IMG/VR virus record: IMGVR_UViG_3300045136_000429
DNA from: a virus
Reading direction: 5' to 3' (one strand)
Length of the DNA: 37,322 nt
Part shown: piece by piece, positions 7,002 through 16,629 of the stretch
How the letters are laid out: each line of letters opens with the position of its first letter
Numbering within the stretch: the stretch's first letter is position 1
Program-made: the position numbers and the translations under genes
Notes under the pieces: model-generated
What the model was told of the DNA's origin: nothing
The model's database searches: none
The model's input: the letters and a program-made list of their open reading frames with translations, nothing else

Positions 7002-8048
7002 TCAGCTCCCCGTCTTCCGGTAGAAGAAAATGCGGCAGCGGCCGCTACCGCCGTTGCCACCCGCGCCGCCGTTCACGCTCCCCGAAGACGACGCGCCTGC
7101 GGCGCCACCGCCGCCACCGCCCGCGCCGCTGCCGGCCACTGCGGACGCACCCGCGCTCCCCGACGTACCGGCGCCCGCGTTGTTCGCGTTGCCTCCGTTG
7201 CCTCCGTTGGCGCCGTGGCCGTAAGGGCCTGCCCCTCCGCCGCCGCCGCCGCCGCCGCCGAGGTACGAGCTCGCGTTGAGCCCCGTGTCACCGCAGACCC
7301 CTCCGATGAAGCCCTGCGGCGAACCCCCTCCTCGTTCGTTGAGGAGGAATGCATGCAGACCGTTTCCGCTGCGCCCGCGCCCACCGACGTGCGGGGCGTT
7401 CGCAACGTGAGCGCAAGCGTCGGTTGAATGGCTGAACGCCACGAGCGCCCCGCGGACCGGCGGTCCGCCCATCGCGACCGCGTAGTAGTGCAGGCTGCCC
7501 CCATTGGCGTTGTCGATGTCGAGCAACGCCACCTCGTTGAGGTTCGAGCCAGCCGATCCGCCTCCTGCGCCACGAGCGAGCGCGAGCACCGTACCTCCAC
7601 GCTTGATCACGGTGTCGCCGCCGTCGCCGCCATTGGCGGGCATGGGACCGCTCGCGGCGCCGACTCCGCCCGCTCCGATCTCGACGGTGAGCGTCTCGCC
7701 CGCGACTACCTCGATGATGCCCACGGCGAGGACCGCCCCTCCGCCGCCGCCGCCGCCGCACGACAGGCGGTCGGAGCCTGCGGCCGGCCCGCCGCTTCCA
7801 CCACCACCGCCGCCGCCGCACATCTCGTAGAGGGCGTGCGTCGCGCCTGGAGGCACCGTCACCGTGTCGTTCGCCGTGAGCTCGATGGGAGCAGACAGCT
7901 TCGGGAGCTGGTCGTACAGGAACGCCGTCCGATCGGCGAGCGTCTCGATGCTCGGATTGAACGAAGACGCTTGCGGAGGCGTCTCGTCCGAGACAAGCGG
8001 CACCGTCGCCGGCCACGAAGCGGGATTCCCAGGGACGTTTGCGCTCAT
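7002..8048 (-). CDS. Glycine-rich tail/baseplate-distal protein (fibre-associated)
   Basis: VTVPPGATHALYEMCGGGGGGGSGG followed by several poly-Gly blocks, as in glycine-rich-domain phage tail proteins. Start at 8048 with an ATGA overlap. Confidence 0.6.
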   Translation of the reverse strand: MSANVPGNPASWPATVPLVSDETPPQASSFNPSIETLADRTAFLYDQLPKLSAPIELTANDTVTVPPGATHALYEMCGGGGGGGSGGPAAGSDRLSCGGGGGGGAVLAVGIIEVVAGETLTVEIGAGGVGAASGPMPANGGDGGDTVIKRGGTVLALARGAGGGSAGSNLNEVALLDIDNANGGSLHYYAVAMGGPPVRGALVAFSHSTDACAHVANAPHVGGRGRSGNGLHAFLLNERGGGSPQGFIGGVCGDTGLNASSYLGGGGGGGGGAGPYGHGANGGNGGNANNAGAGTSGSAGASAVAGSGAGGGGGGAAGASSSGSVNGGAGGNGGSGRCRIFFYRKTGS

Positions 8049-8830
8049 AGCTGATCGAACTCCCAATAACGAAAGTTCAGATTCCGACTCGGAATCCGAT
8101 TCCCGGAGCCGTCGTCCTTGCTCCAGTAGCCCCACTGCCCATCAGGAAGTCCGACGTTGCTTTCTGGGTCGAGCTCCGAGGGGTCGTCCACCCAGATGAC
8201 GCAGCGAACGAAGTTGTGCGCGTTCTTCCACTGCTTGAGCAGTGCAATCGCCTGATCGGACTCCGTCACCGGAACGTTGTGCCCGAGCCCGTATCCAGGA
8301 TCGAGCGCGGTCCAGTCCGGCACGTGTTGGTACGCGGCGCCGTAGACGATCACCCAGATGTCCGTCGGCCGCTCCGTCGCAGCGTTCGGATGCGAGACGC
8401 TGTCCCAGTCCCACGGCGCCGTGAACGTGCGGAGGTTCCCGACCGTGTCGATCTCCGTCCACTGACCGTGCCGATCGACAACACGGACCATCGGGCGCGA
8501 GAGCAGGTACTCGTGCAGCGCGCGAGCGATCGCCTCGTCGGACCCCATGCGCCGGTACCTGTCCAGCCATCCGCGCAGCCGAGCGGCATACTCCTCGTCC
8601 GTGTCGGAGAGGCCTCGGACGATTCCGCGCGTGGCGCCGATCTCACGCAGCGCCGTCGGCGTTCCGCGCCCAGGCCATGCCGCCTGGATTCCCTCGAGCA
8701 GGGCATGAATCAGCGCGTCGCACATGAGCGCGCTCGTCCAGAGGTATTTGGCGGCGAGCTCGAACTTCGGCCGGTAGCTCAGCCACCAAGGCACAATCCG
8801 GTCGATGCCGTCGATCAGCCGCCCAGCCAT
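8045..8830 (-). CDS. Baseplate/tail protein, P2 gpI / Mu gp48-like by position
   Basis: Immediately follows the J-like baseplate gene with a TGATG overlap. Size 261 aa. Assignment is mainly positional. Confidence 0.55.
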   Translation of the reverse strand: MAGRLIDGIDRIVPWWLSYRPKFELAAKYLWTSALMCDALIHALLEGIQAAWPGRGTPTALREIGATRGIVRGLSDTDEEYAARLRGWLDRYRRMGSDEAIARALHEYLLSRPMVRVVDRHGQWTEIDTVGNLRTFTAPWDWDSVSHPNAATERPTDIWVIVYGAAYQHVPDWTALDPGYGLGHNVPVTESDQAIALLKQWKNAHNFVRCVIWVDDPSELDPESNVGLPDGQWGYWSKDDGSGNRIPSRNLNFRYWEFDQL

Positions 8831-9972
8831 CACGCCGCCCGCACCTGAACGGAGCCCGCCCACGTGGCGACCGAGTCGGGCGCAAGGGGAAGATCCGACT
8901 CGTCGTCAAGATCGACGTCGAACACCGATGGGTGCACCCTGCACGCCGCCTTCACCCAGTCGGCGTAGAGCGCGCCGAGCGCGTGCGGCGGCTTCCGGAT
9001 TCCGCCGATGGGATACGTCGAGATCCCTTCGGCGATCGCCTGGAACGCCTGCGCTCGCACCCCATCGAGGTCGAGGCCGTTCGTGCGACGCACCCAGATC
9101 GTCACCGTGCGATCGAACGGGACGACGTTGGCCGCAGCGACCTCGACCTTGATGCCGGACGGTCGCGCCATCGCCTCGATGGCCTCCTCTGCTGCGGCAA
9201 TGTCGTTCGCGATCGGAGCTCCCGACGGACTCGCGAGTGTGACGCTCACGATCGCGTCCCACGAGCCCTCGGGGACGTGTACACGGTTGATCGCCGTCGG
9301 CGTGCCGTCGAGCCGCCGAGCCTGGCGAACGGCCCACTCGTACGCGCCACGAGGACCGAGATCGCTAATGCTGGCGAGCTTCGCTCGACACGCGAAGCGT
9401 AGCTCCTCGTCGGTCTCCTCGTTGAGCCCAACGACGGCCTCCTCGTTCGTGACCTCGACACCGAGAAGAGACGTCTCGATCGAGTCGATGTCACCGGCGG
9501 CTGCCCACGAGTCGCGCCCGACCTCGACCGCGACAACCTCGAGCTTCTTCGTCTGGAACGGAGCGAGGTCGAGCGGCTGCGAGTTGAAGTACCGCTTTCC
9601 AGTGCGGGACGCGTAGAAGCGCACGCTGCCGGGCGGATAGTCGCCCGGCAGGAACGAGCCGCCTCCGGTGTTCGTGAGCGTCACGAATCCGCTCGCCGGC
9701 TGCGCGGCTCGCCTCTCGACACCGAAGACGTACCAAGCCAACAGCGTCAGCCACGGACCTTCGGCGTGGTCGAGGAAGCCGCAGCGGATCGCGTTGTACA
9801 TGATCTCCGTCAGGCCGGAGAACGTCATCGCCTGCGCGCGCTGCAGCACGCGCAGCACGCCGCCCTTGCGGAACTTCGTCACGTCGACGCCGAGCCGAGT
9901 CAGGACGGAGTCGAACTTCGCCATGTACTCGTCCGGCGTGACGCGCTGAAGGAGAGCGTCGAGAGGGATCAT
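8830..9972 (-). CDS. Baseplate J-like protein (Mu gp47 / P2 gpJ-like)
   Basis: 380 aa, located between the W-like and I-like genes with ATGA overlaps. The true start is MIPLDALLQRV; the Arg-rich N-terminal extension in the ORF track is rejected. Confidence 0.65.
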   Translation of the reverse strand: MIPLDALLQRVTPDEYMAKFDSVLTRLGVDVTKFRKGGVLRVLQRAQAMTFSGLTEIMYNAIRCGFLDHAEGPWLTLLAWYVFGVERRAAQPASGFVTLTNTGGGSFLPGDYPPGSVRFYASRTGKRYFNSQPLDLAPFQTKKLEVVAVEVGRDSWAAAGDIDSIETSLLGVEVTNEEAVVGLNEETDEELRFACRAKLASISDLGPRGAYEWAVRQARRLDGTPTAINRVHVPEGSWDAIVSVTLASPSGAPIANDIAAAEEAIEAMARPSGIKVEVAAANVVPFDRTVTIWVRRTNGLDLDGVRAQAFQAIAEGISTYPIGGIRKPPHALGALYADWVKAACRVHPSVFDVDLDDESDLPLAPDSVATWAGSVQVRAA

Positions 9973-10352
9973 CGGACGATCCCTCCTTCGACCGTCCCAT
10001 CCGCGCTTACGTCGTATCCGAGATGCAGAAGACCGTCGGTGGTCGTGATCTCGATGTCGACGTGAGCGGTCACGCCTTCGTTTCCGACGCCTCTGCGCTC
10101 GACGCGAGCGACACACGTCAAGGCGCGCGGGTCCTTCAGGATGTCCGCCTCGATGAGGCGGCCGATCCTGATCGGATCGTCGCTACCGGAGAGCCTCGAC
10201 AGGAGTCCCACGCCGCGGTCCTCGTCGTCCGGGTTGCTCCCGTAGTCCTCGAGGAGGCGGTGGTAGACGTCCTGCGCGAACAGATCGAGCTCGTCGTTCG
10301 TCTCGGACGCGAATTCGTCGAGGTCGTCCAGGCAGACGAGGTCCACGACCAT
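9969..10352 (-). CDS. Baseplate wedge protein, gpW/gp25-like (Mu gp46-like) by size and position
   Basis: 127 aa acidic protein directly upstream of the J-like gene. ATG at 10352 lies 8 nt after late-motif copy 2. Confidence 0.55.
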   Translation of the reverse strand: MVVDLVCLDDLDEFASETNDELDLFAQDVYHRLLEDYGSNPDDEDRGVGLLSRLSGSDDPIRIGRLIEADILKDPRALTCVARVERRGVGNEGVTAHVDIEITTTDGLLHLGYDVSADGTVEGGIVR

Positions 10353-10360
10353 CCGCCCGA

Positions 10361-10377
10361 ACAAAAGAAGGCGTCAC
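10361..10377 (-). promoter_or_regulatory. Late intercistronic motif copy 2
   Basis: Exact 17-mer. Its TGA (10376-10374) is the stop of the hub gene. Confidence 0.8.
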
Positions 10378-11528
10378 GCTGAGCGCGTCTTCATCGCGGC
10401 GAGCTGGGCTTGGATCTGCGCCACGTCGGCCTCGATCCCTGGATACGGCGCCGTCGCCGCACCATTGTGCGCCGCGTTCACCTTCCGGATGAGATCGAGC
10501 ACGGCCCCGATCACGTCCGCGTTCGCGGTCGGCTTCGCCGCCTCGCCGCCGAGTTTGAGCACCGTGAAGTCCCACGTGGCCTCGAGCGGACTGGCGCCGT
10601 CGAAACCGAGGACGACAGGCGTCCGCCCGACGAAGCCGACGAGAACCTTCGCCCCTGGCTTCGCACGACACGTGAAGCCGGGCACACCGGGCCAGTGCAG
10701 AACCGGCGTCGCGTCAGGGACAGGACCTCGGACCTCGCTTTGCAGGAGGTACCCTCCGTCCGCCGTCTGACCCACGACCGTGTAGACGTGGAGGGTGAGC
10801 AGCTCCGGACGGATAGCGCTGATCGCGAGCGCCTGGATGGCGTGCGCGAGACGCGGCCCCTGCGTCTCCGTTGCCGTCGTCTCGCCCATCCAGAGCGACG
10901 CCGATGCGCCCTCCTCGCTCCACGTCTGCGTGACCTCGCGCACGCGCATCGCGCCGCCGGGAAGGCGAGGATCCGCAATGACGGTCCCCGGCATGATCGG
11001 AGCCGAGCTCGCCGCCCGCGCGATGCGAGAGAGCGGATCCCACTCCGACAGGTGAAAGTCCGTCCCCGGGGCGCTCGGCGGACGCGGCCCCACCGTCGTG
11101 ACTCCCTCCGGGCTCACCCACCATCCCGCGCGTCCGAGCACCTGCGAAGCCGGGCCGGCAACGCGCGTGTAGTGCTCTCCGATCCGTTCCGGCGCGACGA
11201 CGGTTGCCGCGATCCCGAGCTCCGCCGCCGTCGCCGAGATCACGACCGACGACGTCAGCCCCGCGGGGTTCGAGAAGTGCCTTTTCGGCAGCGACCTCGA
11301 CCACTCGAGCGCGCCGACGACGCGGCACCGTGCGCGCGTCCCGAAGGCGCCCGACGACGACGAGTCCACCGTCCCGACGAACGGCACGCCGCCGACCACG
11401 CACGTGACCTTGCCCGTCGGCGGCGGCGCGCCCGTCGGAAGATCGTGGTCGACCTCGAGCACCCACGATCCGGACTCGGGAACGTGCAACGTGCACGACG
11501 TGATGAGATGCGGCCCGATCGTGTTCAT
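10374..11528 (-). CDS. Baseplate hub / central spike protein (gpV / Mu gp45-like C-terminal region)
   Basis: 384 aa. The C-terminal VPGFTCRAKPGAKVLVGFVGRTPVVLGF resembles the gpV spike OB-fold. Located between the tape measure region and the baseplate wedge genes. Confidence 0.55.
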   Translation of the reverse strand: MNTIGPHLITSCTLHVPESGSWVLEVDHDLPTGAPPPTGKVTCVVGGVPFVGTVDSSSSGAFGTRARCRVVGALEWSRSLPKRHFSNPAGLTSSVVISATAAELGIAATVVAPERIGEHYTRVAGPASQVLGRAGWWVSPEGVTTVGPRPPSAPGTDFHLSEWDPLSRIARAASSAPIMPGTVIADPRLPGGAMRVREVTQTWSEEGASASLWMGETTATETQGPRLAHAIQALAISAIRPELLTLHVYTVVGQTADGGYLLQSEVRGPVPDATPVLHWPGVPGFTCRAKPGAKVLVGFVGRTPVVLGFDGASPLEATWDFTVLKLGGEAAKPTANADVIGAVLDLIRKVNAAHNGAATAPYPGIEADVAQIQAQLAAMKTRSA

Positions 11529-12091
11529 GTTCCACCGCTCGCCACCGCCCTAAGACGGGCGGCCGCCTCCTGCAGCCGGATGTCCTGCTCCGTCATCGGA
11601 CGCGCCGGCGGCTGCTTCTCGACTGCAGGCACGACAGGCTCCGTCTTCTTCGGCACGAACGGAGCCGGTGCGCGGTACTGCAGGAACGAGAGACGCGTCT
11701 GCCACCGCCCCGGAGCGATGAGGCTCCAACCCTCGATCTCTGTAACCTGCACGTTTTGGATGCGGAACGGCGGTTTGATCAGCACGGGATGGTAGACGCC
11801 GAGCGCGGGCGGCTTCACCCCAACTGGCGCCGTCAGGAACACGTTCGCGAACTGATCCCAGAGCGACTCCTTCGACTCGTCCCAGAACTCGAACGTGGCA
11901 TCGAACGCCGCGAGCCCCTCGCCCGTGTACACGCAGAACGCGCCCTGTAGCCCGAAGCCAGGCTTGACGTCCCAATTCCGCTTGAGTTTCGGAGGTCCGA
12001 GCGTCGTCTTGTCGGCAGATACCGCCGCAATCGCGCTGATGGGGTTACCGATGCTGACGACGAGGTAATCGATCTCGACGGAGAACGGCAT
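11525..12091 (-). CDS. Tail/baseplate-associated hypothetical protein (188 aa)
   Basis: Translationally coupled on both sides (TGATG with the tape measure, ATGA with the hub). High GC3. Confidence 0.55.
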   Translation of the reverse strand: MPFSVEIDYLVVSIGNPISAIAAVSADKTTLGPPKLKRNWDVKPGFGLQGAFCVYTGEGLAAFDATFEFWDESKESLWDQFANVFLTAPVGVKPPALGVYHPVLIKPPFRIQNVQVTEIEGWSLIAPGRWQTRLSFLQYRAPAPFVPKKTEPVVPAVEKQPPARPMTEQDIRLQEAAARLRAVASGGT

Positions 12092-13959
12092 CACGTCACC
12101 CCGAGTTGAGCGCCGGTGATCTCGAGCGCGTGCAGGATCTTCTCTACGACGTCGTCGGCGACCTCGCGCGCGACCTCCTTCGGGTCCGACGCGTTGCTGT
12201 ACACGTTGATCTCGCCGATCTGCACCGATCGCGACGAGCTCACGTCACGAACCTGCGAACGCGGGATGATCACCTCTCCGATGCCCACGGACGCGAGCCC
12301 CTCGCCAGCCGCGGGAAGCGGCTTCGTCTCGGCGATCCCGTCCCTCCTGATGCCGGTGACCACGCCGCCGTCAGCGTGCGCCGGAAGCTGCGCGGTTGCC
12401 GGCGCCGAAGACGTCGCGGAGAGCCTCTTGATCGCGCCCGCGATGGCGCCGACCACACCAACGTATCCCTCTCCGACCCACTTCGCCCCCTGCACGGGAT
12501 TTATGGCTAAGGTCGGCAGTCCGAAGATGATTTTCAGGCCCGATTTCACCGTTTCGAGGATCGAGTTGAACTTCTCCGCCGCGGTCCGACCGTCGTTGAA
12601 GGCCGCTTCGATCCGGTTCTTCACGCGGATAATCTCGGTGGCGAGTTTGAGCGAGATGATGATCGCTTCCTTCAGGCCGTACTCGATCCAATCGCCGTTC
12701 TTGTCGAGCGAGTCCCCGAACGCCTTCGCGATGCTCTCGAATAGCGTCTTGAGTGCCTGGCCCGACACGCTCGATTCGTCGAGCGTCCTGTAAATCCGAT
12801 CGAGGAAGCGAGAGATCGGCTCCAGGTTCACGTCCTTGGTGAGAGCGGCGAGTCGCTTGCTGAACTGTTCCGAGACGCGCGAGAGATCCGACAGCTTCCG
12901 CAGGTTCAGCTCGCCGAACCTGTCCTCGACGGCCTTCCGCATCGCCTTGGCGCCGTCGGCGAGCTTCACGCGACCGGTCGCGAGCGCGATGCGAGCCTTC
13001 TCGATCGAGACTCCCATCTGCTTCGCGAGAGCCCCGGCGACGTCGTCGAAGTCGAGCCCCGTGCCGTACATCTCCACCGGGTTGATCTGGAGAACCCCGA
13101 GGCGCTGGTAGCGCGTGAGGAACTCCTGAATCTTCGCGCCGGCCTGGTCTCCGAGCGCCGCCGACGCTTGCCCGACCGCGTTCAGCGAATCGACCAGAGT
13201 CCCGCCGCGAAGCCCGCTCTGACGGAGCTCGATCGCGAGCTTCTCGAGCTCGCGCGTCGCCGTTGGGACCTTCATCGCGAGCGCGTCGACCTGGTCGGCG
13301 AGGTTCCGCGCGTTCTCGCTCGTGCGGACCCAAGCCTGCATCTGCAGCATCGTCTGCTGCCGGCTGCTTGCCGTGAGGACGATCCATTTCGTGAGGCTCG
13401 CCGTCGCCGCTGCGGCCGCGCCAGCGAAGCCGATGCCGAGAGCTACGCTCGCCATCGTCGCCGCGGTGGACAGCGACACGGCGGCGCTCGCAGCGCCCGT
13501 CAGGCTCGCCTTCAGCAGTGCCGCTCGTCCCCCCTCCTGGCTCACGAGCTCGCGGTACTCGCGGAAGCGACCTCGAAGCGCTCCGAGCTTGCCGCCGAGC
13601 ATCCCGTACGCCTTCGCCTCGACAGCCGCGATCTTCTTCGCGAACTTCTCGCGCTCGGCAGCCTCCTTCTTCGCCTGCTTGATGATCGAGGTGATGCTGT
13701 GCCCGTACTTCGCCGCCGACTGCGTCAGCACGGACTGCCGAGCTTTGAGCTGCTCGATCTGCTTCTTCAGGCTCTTCGTGACCTCGGCGTTCCCCTTGCC
13801 GGTCGACTTCAGCGCCGAGTTGAGCTGATCGAGCGCCTTCTTGTTGCGCTCGTACTCCGACGCCATGGCCTTGAGGGCGTCGACGGTCTCGGAGCTAGCC
13901 TCCTGGACGTTGCCGTCGATCGTGACGACCCACTTCGTCTCACGGACGCCACTTGCCAT
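12091..13959 (-). CDS. Tail tape measure protein
   Basis: 622 aa, Ala-rich and helical with a central hydrophobic segment. Directly follows the frameshifted chaperone pair. ATG at 13959 preceded by AGAGGA. Confidence 0.8.
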   Translation of the reverse strand: MASGVRETKWVVTIDGNVQEASSETVDALKAMASEYERNKKALDQLNSALKSTGKGNAEVTKSLKKQIEQLKARQSVLTQSAAKYGHSITSIIKQAKKEAAEREKFAKKIAAVEAKAYGMLGGKLGALRGRFREYRELVSQEGGRAALLKASLTGAASAAVSLSTAATMASVALGIGFAGAAAAATASLTKWIVLTASSRQQTMLQMQAWVRTSENARNLADQVDALAMKVPTATRELEKLAIELRQSGLRGGTLVDSLNAVGQASAALGDQAGAKIQEFLTRYQRLGVLQINPVEMYGTGLDFDDVAGALAKQMGVSIEKARIALATGRVKLADGAKAMRKAVEDRFGELNLRKLSDLSRVSEQFSKRLAALTKDVNLEPISRFLDRIYRTLDESSVSGQALKTLFESIAKAFGDSLDKNGDWIEYGLKEAIIISLKLATEIIRVKNRIEAAFNDGRTAAEKFNSILETVKSGLKIIFGLPTLAINPVQGAKWVGEGYVGVVGAIAGAIKRLSATSSAPATAQLPAHADGGVVTGIRRDGIAETKPLPAAGEGLASVGIGEVIIPRSQVRDVSSSRSVQIGEINVYSNASDPKEVAREVADDVVEKILHALEITGAQLGVT

Positions 13960-14246
13960 CACGTCCTCTTCTTCAGGCAGACGGCCTCGAGGATGGCCTC
14001 GATGCGCTTGAGCGACTGCGCCGCCGACCGCAGCCACTCGAACTCGACGGCGCGCAGGAGCAATCCGACCTGCCTCGCCTCATCCTCCGCTTCCGGATCG
14101 CTCGGATCAGGATCCGGGAGGAGGAGCGCTCGGAAGGCCTCCAAGTCCCGCGAGGGTTTTTCTACAGCCGCCCTCGCTCGGCTCGCTATTTTTCCTGGCG
14201 GATCTTCGCGCGGGCGCCCCAGAGATCGTGGATGGCCGCCAGACAC
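13959..14246 (-). CDS. -1 frame extension ORF of the tail assembly chaperone (G-T / E-E' type frameshift product, C-terminal part)
   Basis: Open in the -1 frame relative to 14186-14647 and overlaps its 3' end by 61 nt. Has no good start of its own and ends at the tape measure start. Confidence 0.6.
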   Translation of the reverse strand: MSGGHPRSLGRPREDPPGKIASRARAAVEKPSRDLEAFRALLLPDPDPSDPEAEDEARQVGLLLRAVEFEWLRSAAQSLKRIEAILEAVCLKKRT

Positions 14247-14647
14247 ACGTCCACGACCGACGGCGTCTCAGCGACCATCGCGTCGAACGCCTCGACCGAC
14301 GGGTGCTTCACGTACTCGCGAACGATCGCAAGTACCTGCTCGGGCGTGACACTGTCCTCTTTCACGAGATGCGTCAGCGTCTTGTGATGCAGCTCCGCCT
14401 TCGGGCCTGTCACGAGCACGATGAAGCCCTTTCCGTGCGCGCTGACGTCGACGATCGCGAACTTCTGCCCCTGCTTGCCGAGCTTGCTGAACCGCTGGAC
14501 GAGATCGAGGTACTCGAGATCCGCCTTCGCCTCCTCGATCTTCCGGGCCGTCTCCGGATCCGATCCGAGGACCTCCGCCTTCCTTGCCTCGACCTGCCTC
14601 TCGAGCTCCGCGAGGATGTCCGCCGGGCTCTTCTCGCTCTCCGCCAT
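14186..14647 (-). CDS. Tail assembly chaperone (0-frame product)
   Basis: 153 aa acidic protein between the tube and tape measure genes. ATG at 14647 preceded by GAGGCGAG. Confidence 0.7.
   Translation of the reverse strand: MAESEKSPADILAELERQVEARKAEVLGSDPETARKIEEAKADLEYLDLVQRFSKLGKQGQKFAIVDVSAHGKGFIVLVTGPKAELHHKTLTHLVKEDSVTPEQVLAIVREYVKHPSVEAFDAMVAETPSVVDVCLAAIHDLWGARAKIRQEK
14189..14195 (-). other. Candidate -1 slippery site GGAAAAA immediately before the TAG stop
   Basis: The minus strand reads CAG GAA AAA TAG. A one-base back-slip on the A-run enters the 13959-14246 frame (.. GGA AAA ATA GCG ..). Confidence 0.5.
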
Positions 14648-14655
14648 GGCTCGCC

Positions 14656-15126
14656 TCAGAAGTTGTGGATCGACATGCCGTCGAGATCGCGATGGCGCAT
14701 CGGCTGCAGGGTGACCTCGACTCGGTTGCCGTCGGGCCCTTGGCTGAACTCCTTCCCGACCTCCGAAACCTTGCACTCCCAGACGTCACCGACCGGCGGT
14801 GCGCCCGTGATCGGGTTCCCCGTCGCCATGACGGTGAACATGAACTTCGCGTGTCCGTAGCCACGTCCGAGCGACTTCGCGGTCAGGTAGGCCTTCACCC
14901 TCTGCCACTCGTACGCGTACATGGTCACGGTGATCGGGTCGTACTCGACATGCCCCGTAGCGAGGTCGATCGGCTCACGGCCCGTCCCATACTGCGGTGA
15001 CTGCTCGATCTTCTCCTTCGTCCCGGTGACCTCGAGGACGCCCTCGACCACGATGGTGTCGAAGGAGAACTTGCACTCATACCAGTTGTAGACGTGGCCG
15101 CCGATGATCGGATTAGGAGGGAGCAT
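14656..15126 (-). CDS. Tail tube protein
   Basis: 156 aa, directly downstream of the sheath gene. GAGGTG lies before the ATG. Confidence 0.7.
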   Translation of the reverse strand: MLPPNPIIGGHVYNWYECKFSFDTIVVEGVLEVTGTKEKIEQSPQYGTGREPIDLATGHVEYDPITVTMYAYEWQRVKAYLTAKSLGRGYGHAKFMFTVMATGNPITGAPPVGDVWECKVSEVGKEFSQGPDGNRVEVTLQPMRHRDLDGMSIHNF

Positions 15127-15134
15127 CGATCACC

Positions 15135-16598
15135 TCAGATATTGAAGCTCCGGACGAAGCGGCTCGTCACGGCAATCCCCTTGATGTAGACGAGGCTCGA
15201 AATCTCGATGGTCGCCGTCACGATGGCGCCGTCGTTGGAGCCGACGTCGTCGACGCGCGACAGAGTCAGCCGCACGTCGTCCACCTCGCCACGCAGCACG
15301 GACTTGAGGTCGAGCGTGCCGCGTTGCTCGATCTCGGCCACGTCGGCCTCGAGCAGATACACCTCTCCGTTCGGGCCGGGCTTCGGGTCCTTGCGCTTTC
15401 GCGAGCTCAACTCCTCAGTGAGGAAATCCCACGATCGCTCCTCGGCGACGCACATGCATCGCTCCTGTTGATCGAACACGTAGTCCGAACCGATTGGCGA
15501 GAACACGCGCGGGTTGCCGATGAAGGCGCCAGCACGGCGCGGGAACGTACGCAGCGTCACGTATCCGAGATCGTCGAGCCCCGGCGTCGCGTCCTCGTCC
15601 CAGCAGACGGGCGTTCCGTCGTCGTCGACGATCGCGAATCCGTCGACCGGCCCGTCTGCTACGTAAGCGGCGTCCGTGCCGATGCTGATCTTGGCGATGC
15701 GGCCAGCGAGCGCGAGCGACGTCGGCCGCCACATGCTGATCCCACGGATCGGCGAAGCGACGTACCCACCGTCCGCGCAGACGTCGACGCGCGTGCCCGT
15801 CCTCGCCGCGTTGCTGATGACCTCGAGCTCGTCGATGTAGTCCTGTGCCGACTCGTCGTCGGGCTGGTACGGACGCACGTTCAGGATCGCGCGCTTGCTG
15901 AGCCCGCGAGCCATGAATCCGTTCAGCGCGGTGCGGACGCCATTGATGATCGTCGCGTCCGCCTCGACGGACCCGATCAGGATGGCCTCGTACTGCAGCC
16001 CGGTGTTCTTGAGCGCCTCGAGGCACGGGAGCAGATCCGGCAGCGACGCCTTCGGACCCGTCGTCGTGAAGGCGACCGACTGACCGTCGGCGATGTCTCC
16101 TGCGCCGAGCTCGATCGTGATGCCCGTGTCCGGGATGACGATCTCGTCGTCCGTGCCGAGCGCCCGATCTGCGGAGAACGTCTTGCCGCCGTCGAGGCTC
16201 ACGGCGTAGCGGATGCCGGCCGCACCGACCGTTCCGCCCTTCGGGAATCGGATGACCACGCGGAATCGGTCGATCGGCTTCGTCGAGCCGGCGGTGATCG
16301 TCGCCGCGCCAGCCTGCGGCGCACCGGTCACGTCGATCGTGCTGTACGCCCCGTCCGTCGATGCGTCGCACTTGACGAGCACGACGGGCTTGCGACCGAC
16401 CTCGAGCATGTATGCTCCGAGCTCGGAGAGCTCGCCGTGACCAAACGAGGCGAGCGCCTGCGCCTTCGTCGTCGCGATCGTCGGCTTGGCCGGGACTCCG
16501 GCCGCCGATGCCGCGATGATCGCGAACGTTCCTATGGGCGAGGCCCGTCCAGCGCCCGTGTTGCCGTCGGCGCGCTGATACGTCAGGCGGGGCAGCAT
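15135..16598 (-). CDS. Contractile tail sheath protein (Mu gpL/DUF2586-like)
   Basis: 487 aa, sheath-tube-chaperone-tape measure gene order. ATG at 16598 lies 14 nt after late-motif copy 3. Confidence 0.75.
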   Translation of the reverse strand: MLPRLTYQRADGNTGAGRASPIGTFAIIAASAAGVPAKPTIATTKAQALASFGHGELSELGAYMLEVGRKPVVLVKCDASTDGAYSTIDVTGAPQAGAATITAGSTKPIDRFRVVIRFPKGGTVGAAGIRYAVSLDGGKTFSADRALGTDDEIVIPDTGITIELGAGDIADGQSVAFTTTGPKASLPDLLPCLEALKNTGLQYEAILIGSVEADATIINGVRTALNGFMARGLSKRAILNVRPYQPDDESAQDYIDELEVISNAARTGTRVDVCADGGYVASPIRGISMWRPTSLALAGRIAKISIGTDAAYVADGPVDGFAIVDDDGTPVCWDEDATPGLDDLGYVTLRTFPRRAGAFIGNPRVFSPIGSDYVFDQQERCMCVAEERSWDFLTEELSSRKRKDPKPGPNGEVYLLEADVAEIEQRGTLDLKSVLRGEVDDVRLTLSRVDDVGSNDGAIVTATIEISSLVYIKGIAVTSRFVRSFNI

Positions 16599-16612
16599 GC
16601 CTATCTGGCGGC

Positions 16613-16629
16613 ACAAAAGAAGGCGTCAC
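16613..16629 (-). promoter_or_regulatory. Late intercistronic motif copy 3
   Basis: Exact 17-mer within an identical 19-mer. Its TGA (16628-16626) is the stop of the upstream gene. Confidence 0.8.

Noticed and set aside
5478-8048. Diversity-generating retroelement or other hypervariation system acting on the repeat-containing tail fibre and glycine-rich genes.
   Set aside because: There is no reverse transcriptase gene and no template/variable repeat pair with adenine-specific differences. The repeats are in-frame structural 37-aa fibre repeats and poly-Gly tracts.
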